Position numbers and translations under genes: made by a program
Source of the DNA: an uncultured Actinomycetota bacterium
GTDB lineage: Bacteria; Actinomycetota; Acidimicrobiia; Spongiisociales; UBA5794
Assembly (NCBI GenBank): GCA_963808015.1
Contig: CAWEEG010000007.1
Location: 71,544-135,543, forward strand
Direction: 5' to 3'
DNA: 64,000 bases
Part shown: piece after piece, positions 11,915 through 21,852 of the stretch
How positions within the stretch are numbered: the first letter of the stretch is position 1
Layout: each line of letters starts with the position of its first letter
Notes under the pieces: generated by a model
What the model saw: only the letters and a program-made list of their open reading frames with translations
Databases searched by the model: none
Told to the model about the DNA's origin: nothing

Positions 11915-13195
11915 ACACCCTCATCCTCGGGGCGGGCGTGAGCGGTGTTGCGGCTGCCGAACTCGCCTCTCGCCTCGGATACTCCGTGTCCGTCTACGAT
12001 CGATCGTCGCAGGCGACAATTCCGTTGCGGGAACAGGGTTACGCCGTCCACTCGGGAACGTGGGCCGATTGGCTGCTGAAGGACATCAGCCTGGTTGTTG
12101 TTTCGCCGGGATTCCCCGAGCACTCCGAACCCGTTCGGCAGGCCCTTGCCGCCGGTACCGAGATCATCAGCGAACTGGAGTTCGGTGCGCGACAGCTCAC
12201 TGTGCCGTACGTGGCCGTCACCGGCACCAACGGCAAGACAACGGTCACGACCGCAATCGCGGAGATGCTCAACGCGAGTGACATCTCCGCCGTGGCCGCG
12301 GGCAACATCGGTCTGCCGGTCTGCGGACTCGGGCCCGAGCCGGCAGATGTCGTGGTTCTTGAGGCTTCGAGCTTTCAGCTGAGGTTCGTCGATTGTTTCC
12401 ATCCGGTCGCTGTCGGAATCACCAATGTCGCAGCGGACCATCTGGATTGGCATGGCACCGTTGCCGACTACGTTGCAGCCAAGGCGCGGATATTTGAGAA
12501 CATGACCACCGAAGAGCTGGTCACCTACGACACCGACGATGCCGGTGCAACCGAACTCGCGTGCACAGTCCCGATGCCGAACGGTGCCGGTGAGCGGAAC
12601 CGCGGTGCCGCCCGACGGCATCGGCCCCGATGGCGGGGCGCTCGTGATCGGTGATTCGCACTTGCCGCTCTCAACCAACGATCCCGTCATTCGTCGCCGA
12701 CCTGGGGATCGCTGCAGCCATCGCGCGTTCGGTCGGTGCAAGCAGCGAAGGGATCGCCTCCGTTCTTGCATTCATTCGCTCCCGGCACTCATCGGCGCAG
12801 GACCGTGGGGACGAAGGACGGGATATGCTGGATCGACGATTCGAAGGCAACCAACCCACATGCAGCGCGAGCCGCTGCTGCGGCCTACACCAACGTTGTT
12901 CTCCTCGCCGGGGGGCGGAACAAGAGACCTCGATCTCTCGGGCATCACCACCAAATCGGTCCGTCACGTCGTGGCATTCGGAGAGGCGGCGCCCGAGGTG
13001 GCCGCCGGAGTGGACGTGCCCGTCACTGTGGTTGCCACACTCGCCGATGCCGTCGGGGAGGCGAGCCGGATCGCGCGGAGCGGAGACACCGTCCTCCTCG
13101 CGCCGGGTTGCGCGAGCTTCGACGAGTTCGAGTCGTACGCCGCCAGAGGCGACCGCTTCGCCGAGCTCGTTGCTGACGTGGAGGCATCGAAATGA
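11911..13195 (+). CDS. murD: UDP-N-acetylmuramoylalanine--D-glutamate ligase MurD, frame-disrupted as assembled (about 4 breaks)
   Basis: Frame 1 11911-~12570 ([28 protein letters not shown]). Frame 2 to ~12690. Frame 3 to ~12775 (FVADLGIAAAIARSVG). Frame 1 to ~12915 (WIDDSKATNPHAA..VVLLAGGRNK). Frame 2 to 13195 (GDTVLLAPGCASFDEFESYAARGDRF). Confidence 0.85.
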
Positions 13196-13231
13196 CTCGC
13201 GGATCCGGCTGGTGTCGACCAAGCTACTCGG

Positions 13232-14431
13232 ATGCTCGAAGCCGTCCCTGACCCGTCAGTTGAAGATGCGGACTCATCGCCTTCGGTTCGTGAGCAGATC
13301 CGGGAACGCCGGGTCGCGCAAGCACTGAACCGAAGCGATCGCCGGACGATCTTCCTCGTCGTCCCGGTGATCATGCTCCTGATCGTCGGGCTCGGGGCCA
13401 TGCTGTCGGCTGCCTCTGTTGTGTCGTTTCGAGAGTGGGGAGACTCGCTCTACTACGTCAAGCGCCAGGTCGTCTGGGTCGTGTTGGGGATCGTCGCCCT
13501 CGTCGTGTTCACGCGGATCCCGTACCGGCTCTATCGTCGTTTTGCCCTCCCGATCTTCCTGGTTGCCGTTGCCGGACTCGTCGCCACGATGATGTTCGGC
13601 GATGTTCGCGGCGGTGCCCGCCGCTGGATCGAGGTTGGGCCGGTGACGATCCAGGCCTCGGAGTTCGCGAAGCTCGCCACGGTCATCGTGCTGTCGGCCG
13701 TGCTCGCGAAGAAAGACCGACTGCTTGGTTCGCTGGGTCACTTCCTCCTGCCGGTCGCCGCGATTCTTGGTGTTGTGACTTTCTTCCTTCTTCTGCAGCC
13801 GGACTTCGGGACGGCCCTGCTGATCGTCGGAGCAGCATTTGCGATCCTGTTCTCTTCCGCCGCACCTCTCGGCTACGTCGTCGGCCTCGGTGGGATCGCT
13901 GCGGTGCTCGGAACGGCGGGCGCGTTCGCCATGGACTATCGAAGGGATCGCATCACGGGCTTCCTCGACCCGTTCGACGACCCGCTCGGTACCGGTCACC
14001 AGGCCGTACAGAGTCTCGTGGCGTTGGGGACCGGCGGCTGGTTCGGTGTCGGCCTTGGGGCCAGCCGGGCCCGGTGGTCGTTCCTGCCGAACGCCCACAC
14101 CGACTTCATCTTTGCGATCATCGGTGAGGAGACCGGGCTCATCGGCGCCGGATTGGTGATCGTTCTCTTCGGCTTCTTCGCCGCCGTCGGTATCCGCATC
14201 GCGCTCACGGCACCCGACATGTTCGGTCGCCTCCTCGCTGTTGGAGTCGTCGCGTGGCTGTCGTTCCAGGCGCTGGTCAACGTCGGCGGTGTGGTCGCTG
14301 TCCTCCCGATCACCGGTGTGCCGTTGCCGTTCGTTTCGTCTGGGGGCAACGCCATGATCGTGAGTCTTGCCGCCGTGGGGATCCTGGTGAACATCTCTCG
14401 TACTCGAGCTCCCGACCCGGCATCCTCATGA
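13232..14431 (+). CDS. ftsW: SEDS-family peptidoglycan polymerase FtsW
   Basis: Intact 399 aa, multi-TM. LQPDFGTALL, PNAHTDFIFAIIGEETG, PLPFVSSGGNAM. An ATGA-overlapping ATG at 13192 in another frame hints the true start may lie upstream. Confidence 0.9.
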   Translation: MLEAVPDPSVEDADSSPSVREQIRERRVAQALNRSDRRTIFLVVPVIMLLIVGLGAMLSAASVVSFREWGDSLYYVKRQVVWVVLGIVALVVFTRIPYRLYRRFALPIFLVAVAGLVATMMFGDVRGGARRWIEVGPVTIQASEFAKLATVIVLSAVLAKKDRLLGSLGHFLLPVAAILGVVTFFLLLQPDFGTALLIVGAAFAILFSSAAPLGYVVGLGGIAAVLGTAGAFAMDYRRDRITGFLDPFDDPLGTGHQAVQSLVALGTGGWFGVGLGASRARWSFLPNAHTDFIFAIIGEETGLIGAGLVIVLFGFFAAVGIRIALTAPDMFGRLLAVGVVAWLSFQALVNVGGVVAVLPITGVPLPFVSSGGNAMIVSLAAVGILVNISRTRAPDPASS

Positions 14432-15507
14432 CGTTCGCTTTCGCTGCTGCCGGCACCGGCGGACATATCCATCCTGCGTTGGCCGTCGCCCGGTCGCTCG
14501 TTGGCTCGGGGGTCAACACCGACGACATTGTGTTCTTCGGCGGGGATCGGCTCGAGACGCGGATTGTCCCGGATGCAGGCTTCGAGTTCGTCCAGCTCGA
14601 TGTTCGTGGCTTGAAGCGTTCTCTGACCATCGACAACCTCACCATCCCGACGATGGTTCGTCGGGCGGCCGCCGACGTTGCGGCGGTGCTTCGTGAACGC
14701 CCACACGGCGTGCTCACCGTCTTTGGAGGGTATGTCAGCGTTCCGGCCGCGATGGGGGCACGAAAGGTGGCGATGCCGTACGTCATCCATGAGCAGAATG
14801 CAGTTCCCGGTGTCGCAAATCGCTACGTCGCCCGTCGTGCCGAGCGTACGTACGTCGCTTTCGCCCCGGCCCTCGAGCGGCTCAAGAACGCTGAAGTGGT
14901 CGGCAACCCCCTCGACCGTGCATTCGAGGACTACGACCGGAACCAACTTCGGATCAGCGCACTGCAACGGTACGGGCTGGATCCGGGCCGACCGGTCGTC
15001 GGCATATTCGGGGGAAGTCTGGGGGCACAGGCGCTCAACGAGGTGGCCGTTGCTCTCGCCGCGGTCGAACACCGATCATTCTCGATCCTGCACCTCACGG
15101 GCGTTGACCATCATGCGGGTCTGGCTCAACAGGCAGCGGGTGTTCCTCACTGGGTCGTCGAGGCGTTCGAGGAGGAGATGACGATGTTCTACGCGGCGTC
15201 GGACCTCGTCTTGTCTCGCGCCGGGGCCATGACCGTGAGCGAGTTGGCAGCCACGGCAACACCGTCAGTTGTTGTGCCGCTCCCGGCCGGGAAGGGCTAC
15301 CAGGCTATGAACGCACACGATCTTGAGCGGTCCGGCGGAACAGTGATCGTTCTACAGGATCGGATTGCAGAGGTGCCGGATGTCCTGGCACGGCTCGTCA
15401 GCGATCGCGAGCAGCTCGCAGCCATGCGGGATGGCGCTCGCGTCGTTGCGAAGCCCGACGCTGCGCGGCGGATCGCGAGTTCACTCAGGGAGATTGCCGA
15501 TGCTTGA
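14428..15507 (+). CDS. murG: UDP-N-acetylglucosamine--N-acetylmuramyl-(pentapeptide) pyrophosphoryl-undecaprenol GlcNAc transferase MurG
   Basis: ATG 14428 (ATGA overlap with the ftsW stop). MTFAFAAAGTGGHIHPALAVA. Intact to 15507. Confidence 0.93.
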   Translation: MTFAFAAAGTGGHIHPALAVARSLVGSGVNTDDIVFFGGDRLETRIVPDAGFEFVQLDVRGLKRSLTIDNLTIPTMVRRAAADVAAVLRERPHGVLTVFGGYVSVPAAMGARKVAMPYVIHEQNAVPGVANRYVARRAERTYVAFAPALERLKNAEVVGNPLDRAFEDYDRNQLRISALQRYGLDPGRPVVGIFGGSLGAQALNEVAVALAAVEHRSFSILHLTGVDHHAGLAQQAAGVPHWVVEAFEEEMTMFYAASDLVLSRAGAMTVSELAATATPSVVVPLPAGKGYQAMNAHDLERSGGTVIVLQDRIAEVPDVLARLVSDREQLAAMRDGARVVAKPDAARRIASSLREIADA

Positions 15508-16876
15508 ACCACAGATTGTCTCGATCGACGATATCGACTCGATTCACATGATCGGAGTTGGCGGGGCAGGCATGTCCGGCATCGCAAAGCTCCTCGCCCA
15601 ACGCGGGATTGCCGTATCCGGATCGGATCTCAAGCCGTCCGAGGTGGTCGACTCGTTGTCCGGCGTTGGCGTGGAGACTTGGATCGGCCACCAACCGGAC
15701 CGCATCGGCACCGCCGATGTTGTTGTGGCCTCGTCGGCTGTCCCGGACCATGACCGGGAGTTGCGGGCAGCGCGAGATGCAGGGATCCCGACGGCCAGGC
15801 GGCCGGCGTTGTTGCGCGGTGTCACCGAGGCGTTCACGACCATCGGATTCTCGGGCACCCACGGCAAGACATCGAGCACCGCGATGGCAGTTGCAGCGCT
15901 GCGAGCGTGCGACCGCGATCCATCGTTCATCGTCGGCGGGGAGCTGACCGATCTGAACACCGGTGCACATCTCGGTGACCGGGAGATCCTCCTTCTCGAG
16001 GCCGATGAAGCGTTCGGCACGTTCCGACACCTCGAGTTGGCTGCCCTCGGCGTGACCAACATCGAGGCCGACCACCTCGACTACTACCGCACGGTCACCG
16101 CCCTCGAGGAAGCCTTCGCTCAGGTTGCAGGCCGCACCGCTGGGCCGGTCGTTGGGTGCATTGACGATCCGGGAGTTCGGAGACTCGCGGAACGCGCCAC
16201 CGTGATCGGCTACGGCACCAGCGACGACGCAGATTGGCACGTCAGCGACATCGACCTCGGACCCACAACGTCGTTCACGCTCACAAGGAACGGAGATGTC
16301 CACCGGGTCCGGCTTCAGCATCCTGGACTCCACGTTGTGATGAACGCCGCCGGTGTGCTCGCCCTGCTCGGTGAAGTCGGATTCGATCTCGAGTGTGCCA
16401 TTGCCGGTCTCCGTGATTTCGGTGGGGTGCGCCGGAGATTCGAGGTGAAAGCGAGGATCGGCGGAGTCTCGATAGTCGACGACTACGCCCATCACCCAAC
16501 CGAGGTCGCTTCAACCGTCGAGGCTGCGCGCACGATGACGGATGGACTCCTCTGGGTCGTTTTCCAACCGCACAGGTACACCAGGACTGCGGGGCTTGCC
16601 CCAGCTTTCGGGGAGCCGCTCGCAGGCGCCGACCGGATCATCGTCACCGACGTCTACGGCGCAGGGGAACAGCCCCAACCCGGCGTGACCGGTCGCCTGG
16701 TCGAAGAGGCTGTCCGGGCGGGCGGCGGAGATGTCGAATACGTCCAGCATCTCGCCGATGTGCCTCTTCGCCTCGCGCGTTCGTTGGAACCAGGCGACAC
16801 AGTGATCCTGATGGGTGCCGGTGACGTCGCCACGATCTGGACGGATGTCGCCGACCTGATCGGAGAGGATCAGTGA
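15500..16876 (+). CDS. murC: UDP-N-acetylmuramate--L-alanine ligase MurC
   Basis: ATG 15500. IHMIGVGGAGMSGIAKLL, GFSGTHGKTSST, DDYAHHPTE. Intact. Confidence 0.93.
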   Translation: MLEPQIVSIDDIDSIHMIGVGGAGMSGIAKLLAQRGIAVSGSDLKPSEVVDSLSGVGVETWIGHQPDRIGTADVVVASSAVPDHDRELRAARDAGIPTARRPALLRGVTEAFTTIGFSGTHGKTSSTAMAVAALRACDRDPSFIVGGELTDLNTGAHLGDREILLLEADEAFGTFRHLELAALGVTNIEADHLDYYRTVTALEEAFAQVAGRTAGPVVGCIDDPGVRRLAERATVIGYGTSDDADWHVSDIDLGPTTSFTLTRNGDVHRVRLQHPGLHVVMNAAGVLALLGEVGFDLECAIAGLRDFGGVRRRFEVKARIGGVSIVDDYAHHPTEVASTVEAARTMTDGLLWVVFQPHRYTRTAGLAPAFGEPLAGADRIIVTDVYGAGEQPQPGVTGRLVEEAVRAGGGDVEYVQHLADVPLRLARSLEPGDTVILMGAGDVATIWTDVADLIGEDQ

Positions 16877-17805
16877 GTGATCAGATGTCGAAGATACCGG
16901 GGGTACAACGCTCGGTTTCGCTCGCACCTCTGACGAGCTACAAGATCGGAGGACGGGCTTCATGGTTCGTCGAGGTCGGCGACGACGACCACCTGGACGA
17001 TGTGCTCCGGTCTCTGCCGGCGGGGGTCGAGATGCTCGTGCTTGGAAGAGGTAGCAATTTGCTCGTCGCAGATAGCGGCTTCCCTGGTCTTGTGGTCCGG
17101 CTTGGAGGTGTGTTCCTCGACGTCACGGTCGATCTCGACGGCACCGTAGTCGCGGGGGGAGCGACGCCGCTGCCCAGGGTCGCTCGCACAGGTGCCGAGG
17201 CCGGGCGATGTGGCCTCGAGTTCTTCGCAGGGATCCCCGGAACGGTTGGCGGGGCAGTGAGGATGAACGCCGGGGGTCACGGTTCGGACACGGCAGAGTG
17301 TCTGATCTCCGCTGCCGTCATCGACCGAACGACCGGGAAACGCTCAGTGCGAACGGCCGTTGAACTCTCGCTGTCATACCGACACTCGAATCTCGGTCCT
17401 GATGATCTCGTTACGTCCGCCCGGTTCTCGACGTCACCGTGCACACGAACCGACGCGGAGGCGCGAATCCGGGAGATCACACGGTGGCGGAAGCAGCACC
17501 AGCCCGGCGGCACGTTCAATGCCGGATCGGTCTTCAAGAACCCTCCCGGCGACGCCGCCGGCCGGCTCATCGACGCAGCCGGGCTCAAGGGCTTCCGGTG
17601 TGGGGGAGTCGCCGTGTCGGAAATGCACGCCAACTTCTTTGTCGCCGACGAAGATGCTGTCGCACAAGACGTTTGGGATCTCGTCTGGGCCGTACGGACG
17701 CGTGTGTTCGAGTCGGCGGGAGTTTGGCTGGAGCCCGAGATCCGATTCGCCGGTTTGTTCGAGGAGCGTGGCGAGGACCCGATGGGACCGGAGACGGCCG
17801 GATGA
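16873..17805 (+). CDS. murB: UDP-N-acetylenolpyruvoylglucosamine reductase MurB
   Basis: GTG 16873 (GTGA overlap). LTSYKIGG, LGRGSNLLV, GTVGGAVRMNAG, SVFKNP. Intact, 310 aa. Confidence 0.92.
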   Translation: MSDQMSKIPGVQRSVSLAPLTSYKIGGRASWFVEVGDDDHLDDVLRSLPAGVEMLVLGRGSNLLVADSGFPGLVVRLGGVFLDVTVDLDGTVVAGGATPLPRVARTGAEAGRCGLEFFAGIPGTVGGAVRMNAGGHGSDTAECLISAAVIDRTTGKRSVRTAVELSLSYRHSNLGPDDLVTSARFSTSPCTRTDAEARIREITRWRKQHQPGGTFNAGSVFKNPPGDAAGRLIDAAGLKGFRCGGVAVSEMHANFFVADEDAVAQDVWDLVWAVRTRVFESAGVWLEPEIRFAGLFEERGEDPMGPETAG

Positions 17806-18603
17806 ACACGATGGATCACCGCATCGCCGAACGGCGGCACGAGGTAACCGAGGAGCGGGCGCGCGGTCGGCTTCGCTGGCTGATCTGGCTGGTGTTGCTT
17901 GTCGTCGTGGTGGCAGCGGCGATCTGGCTTGTGAACTCCCCAATTCTCTCGATCCGAACCGTGACGGTCACCGGCGCGGAGCGCACTGATCCAGCAGCGA
18001 TCGCCAACGATCTCGGTGTGCGGGCCGGGACGCCGACGATGTCGGTCAAGGGCGGAGCCATCGAGGCGGCGCTGCTCGAAAGCCCGTGGGTGGCGGAGGC
18101 TGATGTGACGGTCTCGTGGCCGGGCAGCGTGGAAATCGATGTCCGCGAGCGCATTCCGGTCGCATCGATCTCCACCGATCTCGGTGTCTTCGACGTCGCG
18201 CTCGATGGAGTGCTGGTCGAACGCACCGCCGGCGGTGTGACACCCCCGACCATCCGCTCGGATGGAGACGCGAGCATCCCAGGAAGGCGACCGGATCAGC
18301 CATGCCGGAACACTCGGAGCCGTTCAGTTCGTCGCGGGCCTGTCTCCCTCCCTCCGACGCTCGACCACGGTGACGGTATCCGCCGGGTCGGTCGACGCGC
18401 TCGTCGATCAGTACACCGTCGTGCTCGGGCGACCCGTTGATATGGCGTTCAAGGCCGCCGCTGTCGAGGCGCTCATCGCGAGCGGACTCGAGGCAGGGAG
18501 CCGGATCGACGTGACGGCTCCGAGTCGTCCAGCTGTCGCTCTGCCTCAATCTCAACTGGAAGGTGAGGCAGAGACACTCCAACAGTCTCAACCGTCGGAC
18601 TAA
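17802..18603 (+). CDS. ftsQ: cell division protein FtsQ (POTRA domain), one frame break near 18270
   Basis: ATG 17802 (ATGA overlap with murB). [22 protein letters not shown], then POTRA ([15 protein letters not shown]). C-terminal part in the frame of ORF 18262..18603. Confidence 0.8.
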
Positions 18604-18634
18604 CCTTCGGATACCTGCGCGGGAGGACCACTAC

Positions 18635-19722
18635 ATGACCGATCCGAAACTCTCACCCTTCACTTACCTTGCCGTCATCAAAGTTGTCGGTGTTGGCGGT
18701 GGCGGTGTGAATGCCGTGAACCGAATGATCGAGGCTGGTGTAGGCGGTGTGGAGTTCATTGCGGTGAACACCGACGCTCAAGCACTCATCATGTCGGATG
18801 CGGATTTGAAGCTCGACATCGGGCGAGACTCGACCGCGGTTTGGGTGCCGGAGCCAACCCTGAAGTTGGCCGTGAAGCTGCCGACGATCACCGCGGTGAA
18901 CTCGAAGACGCGCTCACCGGTGCCGATATGGTGTTCATCACGGCGGGTGAAGGCGGCGGGACGGGAACTGGTGCGGCGCCGATCGTCGCCGAAGTCGCTC
19001 GTTCCCTCGGTGCACTCACTGTCGGAGTGGTCACTCGACCATTCGGCTTCGAAGGCCGGCGCCGCTCGGTCGCGGCCGAGCAAGGGATCCAATCCCTGAA
19101 GCAGGCCGTCGACACGCTGATCATCATTCCGAACGAGCGACTGCTCGAGATCGCCGACCCGACCACTCCCGTCGTCGAGGCATTCCGTATGGCAGACGAA
19201 ATCCTCACGAACGGCGTCAAGGGAATCACCGACCTCATCACAACCCCCGGCCTCATCAACGTGGACTTTGCAGACGTCAAGACGGTGATGTCTGAGGCAG
19301 GTTCCGCGGTGATGGGTATCGGTCAGTCGACAGGAGACAGTCGGGCGCAACAGGCTGCGGAGAAGGCGATTTCGAGTCCGCTTCTCGAAACGTCGATGGA
19401 GGGCGCACGAGGTGTCCTGCTCTCGATTGCCGGGCCCGTCGACATGACGCTGCACGAAGTCTCGACGGCAGCGTCGATTGTTGCCGACCATTCAGACGGT
19501 GATGCGAACATCATCTTCGGTGCGGTGGTCGACGACTCCCTCGGAGATGAGATGAGGGTCACGGTCATTGCAGCCGGCTTCGAACATGAAGATTCGCGCT
19601 CATCGTCCTTCACGTCCGCCCCGACGGTCAGTGTGCCCCCCGTACGGTCGCCGCTCGGCGACGGGGACTCACACGATGAGGGCACGGACGAGATGGAGAT
19701 CCCCGGCTTCGTCCGCGGATGA
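18635..19722 (+). CDS. ftsZ: cell division GTPase FtsZ, one frame break near 18835
   Basis: ATG 18635. [17 protein letters not shown] in frame 2, then [27 protein letters not shown] (tubulin signature) in frame 1 to 19722. ACCGCGGTTTGGGT reads as T-R-G-L-G if one base is restored. Confidence 0.92.
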
Positions 19723-20348
19723 TCCAACCCGCGGGATTCCGCGGAGCGTTCTTCGGCAACGCTGCAGACGGAAACGGTCGCGACGACTCACTCGCTCGAG
19801 ACCGCATCTCGGAAGCCCTCGGCATCTCCAACGCGTGGGCGTCGGTTCATCAGGTCCACGGGGATGTCGTGATCGGCGTGAAGCACTCCGGCCTCGCCGG
19901 CGACGGCGACGGTCTGATCACCGAGCACCCGGGGCTGCCGCTCGTGATCGCAACCGCAGACTGTATGCCGATCATCGTCGAGGGGGACACCTCGGTGGCG
20001 GTGCTGCATGCGGGGTGGCGTGGAGTCGCCGCGGGCATCATCGCTGCCGGTCTTGCAGCGATGGTCGACCTTGGTGATACGCCGCGTCGTGCGGCGATCG
20101 GACCGTCGATCGGGCCGTGCTGCTACGAGGTGGGCGACGATGTGGTGTCTGCGATCGGCGGGTATGGCTCGACGACCACACACGGAACTCCGAGCGTTGA
20201 TCTCTGGTCTGCGGCTGAGGCGCAACTCGGTGCGGTGCCGGTGTGGCGATCCGACCGGTGTACCGGCACGGATCGCGGATACTGGTCCTATCGTCGGGAC
20301 ACAACCAAGAATCGACAAGTGGCGGTGGCATGGGTTCCTCGGAGCTGA
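19719..20348 (+). CDS. pgeF: YfiH/PgeF family (DUF152, laccase-domain) protein
   Basis: 209 aa. [20 protein letters not shown]. Conserved position after ftsZ. Confidence 0.88.
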   Translation: MIQPAGFRGAFFGNAADGNGRDDSLARDRISEALGISNAWASVHQVHGDVVIGVKHSGLAGDGDGLITEHPGLPLVIATADCMPIIVEGDTSVAVLHAGWRGVAAGIIAAGLAAMVDLGDTPRRAAIGPSIGPCCYEVGDDVVSAIGGYGSTTTHGTPSVDLWSAAEAQLGAVPVWRSDRCTGTDRGYWSYRRDTTKNRQVAVAWVPRS

Positions 20349-21023
20349 ACGAAGTCAGGGGTCGGATCACGTCAGCGGCGCTGCGGTCAGGTCGAGACCC
20401 AGCCGACGTGCGTCTCCTGGCCGTTTCCAAGGGGCGATCCAATGATGCAGTACTCGACCTCTACAACGCGGGCCAGCGGGCCTTCGCCGAGAATCGGCCG
20501 ACCGGACTGAAGGAGCGAGTCGAGAGCAGCCTTCCGGCAGACATCACCTGGCACTTCGTCGGCAATGTGCAGCGGCGTGCGATCAAGACGATCGCACCTC
20601 CCATTGTGCTGCTCCACTCGTTCGACCGGATGAGCCTGCTCGAACCGTGGTCCAGGCTCGAGCAACCACCCCCGGTCCTGATCGAGGTGAACATCGCCGC
20701 CGAGCCTCAGAAGCACGGCTTCGAGCCCGGCGAGGTACCGCAGGTCGCGGATCTCGTTGCTGATCGCGGGGTGTCGGTTCGTGGGTCTGATGATCATCCC
20801 TCCCCAGGTCCGGATGGCGGAGGAAGCCCGGCGGTGGTTCGTCGGACTCCGCGAGCTCGGCGCCAGGCTGCAGGCCCAGCACCCGGAAGCCGTCGAACTC
20901 TCGATGGGCATGACCGACGACTTCGAGGTAGCCGTCGAAGAGGGTGCAAGCATCGTGCGTGTGGGACGGGCTATCTTTGAGTCTGCGAACAACGAATTCA
21001 CCGAACGCTTCACCGAGGATTGA
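20330..21023 (+). CDS. yggS: YggS/YlmE family pyridoxal-phosphate homeostasis protein, one frame break near 20780
   Basis: ATG 20330. RLLAVSKGRS (PLP lysine), WHFVGNVQ. C-terminus (ELSMGMTDDFEVAVEEGASIVRVGRAIF) lies in the frame of ORF 20757..21023. Confidence 0.85.
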
Positions 21024-21025
21024 CT

Positions 21026-21582
21026 ATGGCAACGTTCTGGCAGAAGACACTCTTCTACCTTGGACTCGTCGATGACGACACCGACGGAGACCAGGGTGGA
21101 CCAGCTCCGGCACCGGCCCAGGCGCCGGGCGAGCCACCACGAGTGGTGACCGCTCGTCCTCCGGGAAGTGTCGCCGGCCGCCGCGTTGATCCGCCGAGCT
21201 TCGACAAACCGGCAGAACTCCTCATGGGAACATGCCGAAGCAGGCGTGTATGTGCAGCCGGGATCGGAGGCGGGCCGGCCCCTGGACGCCATGGCAGCGT
21301 CCATCACTCGAGACGGAGATCATCGTCGCACGCAACTTCTCTGATGCCCAGATGCTCGCGGACGGCATCCGATCGGGACGGGCGCTTGTCCTCGATCTGC
21401 GAACCACTGAGCCGGAGATGGTGCGGCGCCTCGTGGACTTCACGTCCGGGCTGACCTACGCCCTCGACGGGAAGATGGCAAAGATCGCGCAGGGCGTCAT
21501 TCTCGTGTCACCGGCGGGTGTTGCCGTGAGCAGTGCCGAACTCGATCGTCTCTCCGCGCTCGGCCTCTACGGATCAGCCTGA
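21026..21582 (+). CDS. sepF: cell division protein SepF, frame-disrupted in the linker (1-2 breaks, 21200-21310)
   Basis: MATFWQKTLFYLGLVDDD N-terminus (frame 2). Conserved C-domain IIVARNFSDAQMLADGIRSGRALVLDLR..LVDFTSGLTYALDG (frame 1). Confidence 0.85.
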
Positions 21583-21852
21583 GTGGCGCTCGACCTCCTC
21601 TCCGCGGTTCTGGGTGTCGCGGTCTGGGTCATCATCGCCTGGATCGTGCTCAGCTACGTGGTCAACTTCGGCCGCCTCGGCTGGGACCATCCGGTGCGAC
21701 GCCTCTACGACGCTCTCTCGAAGCTGATCGAGCCGATCATGCGCCCGATCAGGAACGTGATCCCGCCGCTTCGTGTCGGTGGCGCGGCTCTCGACCTCTC
21801 GCCGGTGATCCTCATCCTTGGCATCGGGCTTCTGCGCAGGTTGATCTGCTGA
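21583..21852 (+). CDS. yggT: YggT family membrane protein
   Basis: 89 aa with GTG start. Two TMs. YDALSKLIEPIMRPIRNVIPPL is typical of YggT/YlmG. Confidence 0.85.
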   Translation: MALDLLSAVLGVAVWVIIAWIVLSYVVNFGRLGWDHPVRRLYDALSKLIEPIMRPIRNVIPPLRVGGAALDLSPVILILGIGLLRRLIC